64,000 nt of DNA from an uncultured Gammaproteobacteria bacterium. Lineage in GTDB: Bacteria > Patescibacteriota > Microgenomatia > UBA8517. The stretch spans positions 7,883-71,882 of the forward strand of contig CAZRGC010000002.1 of the NCBI GenBank assembly GCA_964599625.1. The letters run 5' to 3'. Under the pieces are notes generated by a model. It searched no databases, was not told where the DNA came from, and was given only the letters and a program-made list of their open reading frames with translations. The position numbers and the translations under genes were made by a program. Positions within the stretch are counted from its first letter, which is position 1. Each line of letters opens with the position of its first letter. Shown one piece after another: positions 1-7,398 of this stretch.

Positions 1-233
1 GCTGATCCTGCATTGGGGTCACTGTCTGGAGAAAGCGGAGACAATGATTTGTTTCTAAGGTTGTAAGAAATAGTGGCAACTGCAATTGTAATTGCCACTA
101 TTGCCAACAAAGGAACGACCGCTAAGAGTTTAAATTTGCGCATTAAATTTTTTACGTTGCCCATAAAATGTGAATTTTTTGGCATCATAGGTATATTGTT
201 TAAATTTAAATGATTGTTGTTTTGGTTGTCCAT
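1..233 (-). CDS. Membrane-anchored surface protein, N-terminal part (runs off the window edge)
   Basis: Manual translation from ATG at 233: MDNQNNNHLNLNNIPMMPKNSHFMGNVKNLMRKFKLLAVVPLLAIVAITIAVATISYNLRNKSLSPLSPDSDPNAGS. One TM helix; frame open to position 1; exact start uncertain. Confidence 0.65.
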   Translation of the reverse strand, partial: MDNQNNNHLNLNNIPMMPKNSHFMGNVKNLMRKFKLLAVVPLLAIVAITIAVATISYNLRNKSLSPLSPDSDPNAGS

Positions 234-247
234 ATTATTATCGATGC

Positions 248-1168
248 TTAGCGCCAGCCGAGAGTTGGGTGATGCAACTCTCCTACGACTCTAAAATTGT
301 ATGTTGATTGCGGAATGGTATAAAGGTCGCAAAAATCACTTGTTCCGGGTCTGCGCAAGGTTGTTTCTTGTCGCGTGACGCCGTTTACTTTGAATCTTGC
401 TTTGTCAAACGGAGAAGTACTGTTGGTGAAACCACCCACACAGAAGTAAACTTGTGCACCTGACCTAAGAGTTGAGAAGGTGCTGTTTGAAATCTGTGTC
501 CAGCCAGGGCTATAAATTTCAATTCTTTGACACATAGCAACCGGAGTGGGGGTAGGTGTTGCCGTTGGAGAATGGCTAGGTGTCGGAGTTGGTGTAGGCG
601 TAGGCGTGACTCTGGGTGTGGATGTTGGTGTTGGTGTCACTCTTGGTGTTGGTGCAGGGGTCCCGGAACTTGGAGGTTCAGAGCGGTTAGTTCCTGGAAC
701 ACACCCTTCACCGCTTGGATTACAAACATATCCTGCTGCGCAACAAGTCATACCTCCACCAGCTTCTGAGTTAGAACACCAGGACCTTCCTTGGCTTGTA
801 CAAACATTCTGTACCCACTCCTCATTGACACATTCAAAACCTGTACATGCTTGTCCACCTGTACAGTGACAATACTGAGCCTGACATTGCACGCCACCGC
901 AGTTTATGATGTTGCTGCCGCAATCCCTGGGACAGGAGGCTGCGTTTTCGTTACAGACCCCGTCACCGCAGTAAGCAAGTCCGCTGCCGGCCTTTTGGTC
1001 AAATAGTTGTCTTTGTGTTACAAGCAAGGCACCAGCAACAATACCCACAATGAGTAGTACAAGTCCAATTGCAGTAGTTAGTGCACGAGATTTAGAGACT
1101 TTGCCGTTTGTGGAATTTTTGAAGAATACAGGAAAATCTAATTTTGGAACAAAATCCGATTCAGACAT
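248..1168 (-). CDS. Membrane-anchored Cys-rich surface protein with Pro/Thr linker
   Basis: N-terminal TM; CGDGVC...SCPRDC and further Cys clusters; TPRVTPTPT repeats; C-terminal beta-rich domain. Confidence 0.8.
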   Translation of the reverse strand: MSESDFVPKLDFPVFFKNSTNGKVSKSRALTTAIGLVLLIVGIVAGALLVTQRQLFDQKAGSGLAYCGDGVCNENAASCPRDCGSNIINCGGVQCQAQYCHCTGGQACTGFECVNEEWVQNVCTSQGRSWCSNSEAGGGMTCCAAGYVCNPSGEGCVPGTNRSEPPSSGTPAPTPRVTPTPTSTPRVTPTPTPTPTPSHSPTATPTPTPVAMCQRIEIYSPGWTQISNSTFSTLRSGAQVYFCVGGFTNSTSPFDKARFKVNGVTRQETTLRRPGTSDFCDLYTIPQSTYNFRVVGELHHPTLGWR

Positions 1169-1214
1169 ATATTAAATATATACAACCTTAAAAAAAACTG
1201 AAAGTACCATTTTT

Positions 1215-1433
1215 TTATCTTCTTTTTCCGCCACCACCGCCACCCGAACAGACAATCTTGGTACACGCTGCTCCGTCTGCACATCTGCAAGTGGTGGAGG
1301 AGGCATTGTCTTCGAACAATTGCTTTTGGCTTATGAGTACAAGTCCGGCAGCGATACTTGCAATAAGAAATACTACTATTATTGTTTGTTTAACGATTTT
1401 TGGAGTTCCTGTTTGAGATTTCTTTCTTGCCAT
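1215..1433 (-). CDS. Small membrane-anchored Cys-containing protein
   Basis: TM followed by QKQLFEDNA (compare QRQLFDQKA in 248..1168), four Cys and a poly-Gly tail. Confidence 0.6.
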   Translation of the reverse strand: MARKKSQTGTPKIVKQTIIVVFLIASIAAGLVLISQKQLFEDNASSTTCRCADGAACTKIVCSGGGGGGKRR

Positions 1434-1492
1434 ACAAACATACTATTATATTTATGGTAGTGTCACAAGTTTTTTGTGATATATTTTCGTTA

Positions 1493-2815
1493 ATGGCGCT
1501 CCATTCTAAATACACATGCCAACAGTGTGGTTACGAGTCTATGGGATGGCTTGGTAAGTGCCCCAACTGCAACTCTTGGGGAAGTTTGGTCGAAGAAGTC
1601 TTTTCGACTGGTAAATCTGAAAAATCAAAATCTGCAAATAAGTCGGGGAATTCTTCTTTGAAACCGGTAAATATTGCAGAAATAAAAAGTTCCGAAATAA
1701 AAAGAACTCTTACCAATATTTCTGAGTTAGACAGAGTATTGGGAGGGGGATTAGTTCCGGGACAAGTAATTCTTATCGCAGGGGAACCCGGTATTGGTAA
1801 ATCTACTTTGCTTTTAGAGTTGGCACAAAAACTGGGAAACATACTATATGTATGTGGTGAAGAGTCGGTTAACCAAGTTAAAGTCAGGGCGGACCGATTG
1901 GGAATTAAAAATAACAATATAGAATTACTCGAAAATACGGATGTTGATGAAATTAATGATCAAATAAATAGAACACAGCAAAACATCTCTGCGGTAATTA
2001 TTGATTCTATTCAAACAGTTACAACAGGGGACTTGAGTGGTATGGCGGGTTCTGTCGGACAAGTGCGCGAATGTGCTTTTAGACTTCTGAAAGTTGCAAA
2101 AGAAAAAAACATTCCAATGTTTATGGTTGGCCATGTTACCAAAGAGGGAACAGTTGCAGGACCTGCCGTTTTAGCCCATATTGTCGATACTGTTTTGTGG
2201 TTCGAGGGTGACAAAACACTTGCAACCAGAATTCTCCGTGCAGTAAAAAACAGGTTTGGCCCAACTGATGAGGTTGGTATATTTACAATGGAAGACAAGG
2301 GTTTGATCCCACTGGAAAACGCAGAGAAAGCATTCTTGGAGGGAGAAAACAGTGGCGTCCCTGGAAGTGTTGTAACAAGTGTTATGCAGGGCACAAGGCC
2401 GCTTTTAGTAGAAATACAGGCGTTAGTTGTTCCCACAAAATTGGCAATTCCCAGGCGTATTGCACAAGGAATTGACTCAAGAAGATTGGAACTTCTTTTG
2501 GCAGTTTTAACCCGAAGAGTGGGACTGCCTATGTATGATCACGACGTTTTTGTAAATATTGCCGGAGGCCTAAAGGTCACAGAACCCGCTACAGACCTCG
2601 CAATTTGCTTAGCGGTATCATCTGCTTATTTTGATAAACCACTAAACAAGAAGCTTTTGGCGGTTGGGGAAATTGGTCTTTTGGGAGAAATCCGCAAAGT
2701 ACCATCACAAGAAAAACGTCTCAAAGAGGCCAAAAGGATGGGATTTTCCACGTTTGTAAGCTCGGGTGAAGTTAAGTCCCTCAAGGAAGCTATCAGATTT
2801 GCTGGTTTGAAATAA
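1493..2815 (+). CDS. radA: DNA repair protein RadA/Sms
   Basis: C4 zinc finger CQQCG...CPNC, Walker A GEPGIGKST, KNRFG motif, Lon-like C-terminus. Start set at the MALHSK ATG. Confidence 0.97.
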   Translation: MALHSKYTCQQCGYESMGWLGKCPNCNSWGSLVEEVFSTGKSEKSKSANKSGNSSLKPVNIAEIKSSEIKRTLTNISELDRVLGGGLVPGQVILIAGEPGIGKSTLLLELAQKLGNILYVCGEESVNQVKVRADRLGIKNNNIELLENTDVDEINDQINRTQQNISAVIIDSIQTVTTGDLSGMAGSVGQVRECAFRLLKVAKEKNIPMFMVGHVTKEGTVAGPAVLAHIVDTVLWFEGDKTLATRILRAVKNRFGPTDEVGIFTMEDKGLIPLENAEKAFLEGENSGVPGSVVTSVMQGTRPLLVEIQALVVPTKLAIPRRIAQGIDSRRLELLLAVLTRRVGLPMYDHDVFVNIAGGLKVTEPATDLAICLAVSSAYFDKPLNKKLLAVGEIGLLGEIRKVPSQEKRLKEAKRMGFSTFVSSGEVKSLKEAIRFAGLK

Positions 2816-3416
2816 TCTTTTGATATTCCGCAAGTGATCCTGTTTTTCTGGCCATTTTCATAGCAACTTGAGGTCGAACCAAATGTGAAGCCACTCCAAT
2901 TGCAAGAACCGCGGCGGTGTCTTTTTCTCCGGATGGAAGCCCAGACATAGATAAAACTATTCCATTTTTGAAAGCAATTGCTCCACCGGGGAGAAAAGTT
3001 TCACCAATTTTCCATCTTTTTCCGTCTTCGAGGCTAAGATTTTGTGCGGAAGCAAACAAGTTGGGGTGTCGAATAACAAAATGTGCCTTAAACATGGCGT
3101 AATCTGTGTATTTTGAAACCTTTTTTACATATTCCTGGTCGTCTGCGGATACCTCTCCATATCTGACAGCAACAGGCGGAAGATAAAAGTCGCCTCTGTG
3201 GGCTATCGCCAAAACAACTCCTGTTCTGTTTTCATTTTTTAATATATTACTTATTATCTCTCCTGCAACTTTGTCTATTATTCTTGATTCGTTGGCAAAG
3301 TGTTTGTCTTTATTTTGATATAGGGGATAGCGGGACATGTATGCACCCGAATTTATTTGATGCAACCAGGGTGCAACCTCGTTTCCAACTACTGAATGAC
3401 GCAACGCCTCTTTCAT
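2793..3416 (-). CDS. Hypothetical protein with a GlcG/HbpS-like C-terminal motif
   Basis: LPGGAIAFKNGIVLSMSGLPSGEKDTAAV resembles the GG..G..(G)VSG...D..A motif. Start at 3416 chosen because TATAAT lies 6 nt upstream. Confidence 0.5.
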   Translation of the reverse strand: MKEALRHSVVGNEVAPWLHQINSGAYMSRYPLYQNKDKHFANESRIIDKVAGEIISNILKNENRTGVVLAIAHRGDFYLPPVAVRYGEVSADDQEYVKKVSKYTDYAMFKAHFVIRHPNLFASAQNLSLEDGKRWKIGETFLPGGAIAFKNGIVLSMSGLPSGEKDTAAVLAIGVASHLVRPQVAMKMARKTGSLAEYQKIISNQQI

Positions 3417-3574
3417 AACAGTATTATACACGCTCATTTGCGCACATCAATGCTTTATACACGAGATATCCACATTTATTTTTGAACAATTTTTTTGCCC
3501 GAAATTTCGGGCTTTTTCGAGGCTAAAATGACTATGGGTATACTATTTTGAGAGGCAAAATCAACTTATGGGAT

Positions 3575-3603
3575 TTGACATAACCCAAGGTGGGTGTTAC
3601 ACT
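3575..3603 (+). promoter_or_regulatory. Sigma70-type promoter
   Basis: TTGACA(3575-3580)-17 bp-TACACT(3598-3603). Confidence 0.5.
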
Positions 3604-3704
3604 TTTTTCAATTGATCGGGAAACCGTATTTATTTGGTTTATTTAAGAAGAACTTTTAAATTTTTGAGTGAAAATTTGTAAGTTTAATATTTTTTGGGAA
3701 GACC

Positions 3705-3868
3705 AAAAAAAGAGCATCGCCATCGTTGGGTTCTCCTCTAAAATTAAAGGGACTCGCCACGAATAGAGATGCTCTTTAAAACTAACCAGGCACTAAAAAT
3801 TGCCTGGACACGGGATTTGTCTTGCAGACAGGACAACTAGCTAACGACTAATTAATTCAAGACAAATC
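3705..3868 (-). ncRNA. Candidate structured small RNA (~165 nt)
   Basis: Starts just after the minus-strand promoter. Stems 3814-3824/3858-3868, 3786-3792/3801-3807 and 3709-3718/3768-3777, ending in a U-tract. No ORF annotated. Confidence 0.5.
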
Positions 3869-3874
3869 GTTATC

Positions 3875-3903
3875 AGACTAAATCTATGGGGATTTGTTGT
3901 CAA
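3875..3903 (-). promoter_or_regulatory. Sigma70-type promoter
   Basis: TTGACA(3903-3898)-17 bp-TAGTCT(3880-3875). Confidence 0.55.
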
Positions 3904-4041
3904 GGGTCTTTTCACGGATAAAAGGGATTTTGTTGGACTTAGGGACGGGTGGTTTGTTGGGCAGGCGAACTACCCGCTCCTAAGCTTAATAAGATCCCTT
4001 TTTTTGTTTCTGGTGTAGCCAATATATAATTAAATGTCACC

Positions 4042-4767
4042 ATGGAACATCTTGTTTATCATTATTCCCACTCGCCTGAAGATGGTGTTTTTGTGGTCGG
4101 GCCTCCGCCTATATCACCGGAAAAAATAAAACCGGGCGGCGCTAAAGTTGCCAAGATACTTTTGAGGATCTCCAGACTTTTTGCCTACGTCGGTGTGGTT
4201 CTTCTGCTTATCGCATACTTGCCAAGCATCTTTTTTTGGTTGCAGGGACTTAGTTTTGGAGCAAATGACAATTTTAAGCTTACAGAGGCAGAGGTTGAAA
4301 CACTGGCCAAAGATGTAAAAATTTTGGAAAACTACTCTCCAGCCTTTGATCCAAAGCTTCCAAAAGACAACCACCTTACAATTAAGGCTATTGGTGTTAA
4401 TACCACTGTTCAAGAAGCAACGCTTGATAATTATGAGGCTGCGCTTAAAAAGGGGGTTTGGAGGGTTTCGGATTTTGGAGCTCCCGGCGAGACGGGTGTG
4501 CCTGTCATACTTGCAGCTCACAGATATGGCTATCTTGCCTGGACAAACAGTTTCCGTAGGCTGAACTCGTTTTTTAATCTCCCTAAACTTAATGTTGGCG
4601 ATCTTGTGGAAATTTCTTGGCACCAACGTAAATATACGTATGCCATTTACGGAGAAGATAAAGGTGAACACATCACTGATTATTCAGCCGATCTGATCCT
4701 ATATACATGCGAAACATTGAACGGCCCTGTCAGAATATTCAAATACGCCAAGCTTCTCAAAATTTGA
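4042..4767 (+). CDS. Sortase-family protein
   Basis: N-terminal TM; catalytic-type His (ILAAHRYG), LILYTC and downstream Arg (PVRIF). Confidence 0.85.
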   Translation: MEHLVYHYSHSPEDGVFVVGPPPISPEKIKPGGAKVAKILLRISRLFAYVGVVLLLIAYLPSIFFWLQGLSFGANDNFKLTEAEVETLAKDVKILENYSPAFDPKLPKDNHLTIKAIGVNTTVQEATLDNYEAALKKGVWRVSDFGAPGETGVPVILAAHRYGYLAWTNSFRRLNSFFNLPKLNVGDLVEISWHQRKYTYAIYGEDKGEHITDYSADLILYTCETLNGPVRIFKYAKLLKI

Positions 4768-4835
4768 TTTTTAGCCTCAATTTAAAACTATCCTACACCG
4801 CAGGTGAGTGTGTCCTTCGGACACCCTATAACTAC

Positions 4836-4864
4836 TTGACAAATCAAAAAAAATACTATATACT
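4836..4864 (+). promoter_or_regulatory. Sigma70 promoter, probably leaderless transcript
   Basis: TTGACA(4836-4841)-17 bp-TATACT(4859-4864), 6 nt before the ATG at 4871. Confidence 0.65.
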
Positions 4865-4870
4865 GCCCCC

Positions 4871-5116
4871 ATGATGAAAAAGTTTTTAGTTGGAGTTTTC
4901 GCTTTTATCGTTCTTGCCAACCCCTCAAAGGTTCTGGCAGATCATGAGCAAGTTATATGCCCTCAACCTTACGGAGGAGGAGTAGTTTGTGGAGTTAAAA
5001 CTCACAAGCCTGTTGAAGCAGGCCTTGCAGAGAATTTGGCTCTGGCTGGAGCACTCGCTATTGGAGCTTCAGGTATATTCCTTCACCTCTCCAAAAAAGC
5101 AGGTGCAATTGCCTAA
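4871..5116 (+). CDS. Tiny secreted peptide with sortase-type C-terminal sorting signal
   Basis: Signal peptide ending VLA; short mature part with CPQPYGGGVVC; PVEAG motif, hydrophobic helix and KK tail. Confidence 0.7.
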   Translation: MMKKFLVGVFAFIVLANPSKVLADHEQVICPQPYGGGVVCGVKTHKPVEAGLAENLALAGALAIGASGIFLHLSKKAGAIA

Positions 5117-5233
5117 GCCAGTTTTGTAGGTAGCTACATGTTCCGGTTTTTACTGGAACATATATTTACCTACAAAAAGGTGGGTTTGCACTTTTATACA
5201 GGTATCATTATCAAATTGTTGAGGAGATCCGAT

Positions 5234-5443
5234 ATGTCAAAAATGCCCTGGCAGGGATGGATTTTGTTCCTGTTTCTCTTTGTGTTGTGTGGAGCTTGGA
5301 CTTGGTTTACACCCACCAGCCCAGAAGAATTGGTTAGCCGGAGAATTGAACTGGTTAATATCTTTCAAGCCTACGGCACCTACATTTTGGCTGGCCTTGC
5401 GGTCGCATTTTTTATGATCGTCAAGCCATTCAAAGCGCGGTAG
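5234..5443 (+). CDS. Small two-TM membrane protein
   Basis: AGGAG SD before ATG 5234; two hydrophobic segments; followed by a terminator. Confidence 0.6.
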   Translation: MSKMPWQGWILFLFLFVLCGAWTWFTPTSPEELVSRRIELVNIFQAYGTYILAGLAVAFFMIVKPFKAR

Positions 5444-5445
5444 CG

Positions 5446-5478
5446 AAAAGGGAGAGCGAATTTTGCTCTCCACTTTTT
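5446..5478 (+). terminator. Intrinsic terminator
   Basis: GGAGAGC-GAATTTT-GCTCTCC stem followed by ACTTTTT. Confidence 0.6.
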
Positions 5479-5726
5479 CTAATTATTGAAATTTGAACGT
5501 GTGATACCTGGACTTATTTAGATCGCAACATTTGCGTTACGGTCTAATTGGTTAAGGTACATTAAAATCGAGGCGACAACCTCCTGTATATTTTTGGCGG
5601 AGCCATTTTGGATATGAGCTGCTTAGCTTTAGTTATTTATTAATTCAGTCAGTTATTCGTGTCCAAAACGGCTTCGGCCAAATTTGTTTCCTTTCGAAAG
5701 AATACAAATATCGGAGGTATCAAGTC

Positions 5727-6389
5727 ATGAAGACAAAAATCTTCACCGTTCTGAGCCTTGCGGTTATCGCCATGCTGGTCCTTACCGCGTGTGGCGGAGC
5801 CAACAGCTCCAACTCGAACGACGGCAACGGCGGCCCTAATGGCAACGGTGGTTCCAATACCGTGGTCGTTACCGCTACCCCCATGACCGACATCGGTTCA
5901 CTCCTCGGTGACCAGCCCATGACCCCGCAGGTCAGCGGCAACATCGAATGGGATGAACTCAAGAAGATGCCGGAATGGACTCAAAAGCCAGGTCTCACGG
6001 GCGCTGACGCTCTTTATGTGCAGTCCAGCAAACCCAGCGAAATCGACCTGCCCTTGTTGCCCAACCAGAAGACCTTCACCGTACCCGCAGGCACCACCTT
6101 GGTGTTCGGTGCGTACAGCGCTACGGTTGTTCTGGAAAACGGCAAGTCCTACAGTTTCAAGGAAGGTTTTTACGGCGCTTTCACCGAAGGCACCCAAATC
6201 AAGTCCTTGCACATTGTGGACGGCTTCGCGCTTTTGATCGGTCGCGACTCGGGTCAGTCGGAATACTGCATGCGCGTCGCGCAGGCTATCAACCAGAAAT
6301 GGGCACACAACAATCTGTACCGCCCGTCAGCCTGGACGAATCCTGTTTGCGAAGGCGTTATCGCTACCGTCATCGACCCTAACGACTAA
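5727..6389 (+). CDS. Lipoprotein of unknown function
   Basis: Lipobox LTAC|GG, N/G-rich linker, GGAGGT SD; visibly GC-richer than its flanks. Confidence 0.8.
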   Translation: MKTKIFTVLSLAVIAMLVLTACGGANSSNSNDGNGGPNGNGGSNTVVVTATPMTDIGSLLGDQPMTPQVSGNIEWDELKKMPEWTQKPGLTGADALYVQSSKPSEIDLPLLPNQKTFTVPAGTTLVFGAYSATVVLENGKSYSFKEGFYGAFTEGTQIKSLHIVDGFALLIGRDSGQSEYCMRVAQAINQKWAHNNLYRPSAWTNPVCEGVIATVIDPND

Positions 6390-6418
6390 CCAGTCGTCCG
6401 TTTCGCCTCGAATACGAC

Positions 6419-6461
6419 GGCAAGCCTATTTACCTTTTTCTTTTTGGTAGATAGGCTTGCC
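6419..6461. terminator. Long hairpin downstream of the lipoprotein gene
   Basis: GGCAAGCCTATTTACC/GGTAGATAGGCTTGCC inverted repeat. Confidence 0.5.
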
Positions 6462-6501
6462 CGATCTCACAAACTCTAAAAGATTTAGTGCTTCTGAGAT
6501 T

Positions 6502-7398
6502 ATGAAAACAAAAACCCCCATGGTAAGCATTGTCATGCCGGTTTATAACCCCGGTAGTTTTTTGGTGGCAGCAATCGAATCAATACTAAGCCAGACATAT
6601 ACAGATTTTGAACTTATTGTAATAAACGATGCATCCACAGACGGAACAGGTGAGATTCTTGATAAATATGCGAAGTTAGACAAGAGAATCCGTGTTTATA
6701 CCAATACAAAAAATCTTGGTGTCACAAAAAGCGAGATGTTGGGTGTGGCAAAATCCAGGGGACAGTTTATAGGCCGCATGGATTCCGATGATATTTCTTA
6801 TCCTGAAAGAATTGGGGAGCAGGTGGCATTTTTGCAGAAAAACAAAGACGTAGTTGCTGTTGGGGCACAATGTGATCTAATTGACTCAAAAGGTAACATT
6901 ATCGGTAGCAAAAGATTTCCCACTGACGACAAGTCTATTCGCGGAATGATATTCACCAGCGTTCCTTTGCAACAGCCTGCAATGATGGTTAATACAAAAC
7001 TTCTTCCTAAAGATTTTGTTTGGTACGATGAAAATTATGCTTCCGCCGAGGAGCTTGAACTTCTTTTTAAATTTTTCCAAATTGGAAAAGTCAGAAATTT
7101 GTCTGAAACGCTTCTTAAATACAGAATTCACGGTTCAAACACTTCTTTGGTAAACCCCAAAAAGACATTCAGCTTGACTCTAAAGACAAGATTTAGAGCC
7201 ATATCCAAGTATGGTTACAAACCAACCCTGAAAGGGGTTATTGCAACTTTGGTTCAGTATGTCATTGTCTCGGTTATTCCAAGTAAGTGGATATATCCCT
7301 TGTATGTGTTGGCCAGGGGTATGGGCAAACCTAATGCTACAATTATAAATAATGAACAGGTTGTCTTTGAAGAAAGTCTTCAGTTGGTTAAAACATAA
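6502..7398 (+). CDS. Family 2 glycosyltransferase
   Basis: VSIVMPVYN, INDASTD, RMDSDD (DxD) motifs. Confidence 0.93.
   Translation: MKTKTPMVSIVMPVYNPGSFLVAAIESILSQTYTDFELIVINDASTDGTGEILDKYAKLDKRIRVYTNTKNLGVTKSEMLGVAKSRGQFIGRMDSDDISYPERIGEQVAFLQKNKDVVAVGAQCDLIDSKGNIIGSKRFPTDDKSIRGMIFTSVPLQQPAMMVNTKLLPKDFVWYDENYASAEELELLFKFFQIGKVRNLSETLLKYRIHGSNTSLVNPKKTFSLTLKTRFRAISKYGYKPTLKGVIATLVQYVIVSVIPSKWIYPLYVLARGMGKPNATIINNEQVVFEESLQLVKT

Noticed and set aside
527-1006. Plus-strand ORFs with GV/CW repeats
   Set aside because: They are antisense shadows of the Pro/Thr and Cys-rich regions of 248..1168.
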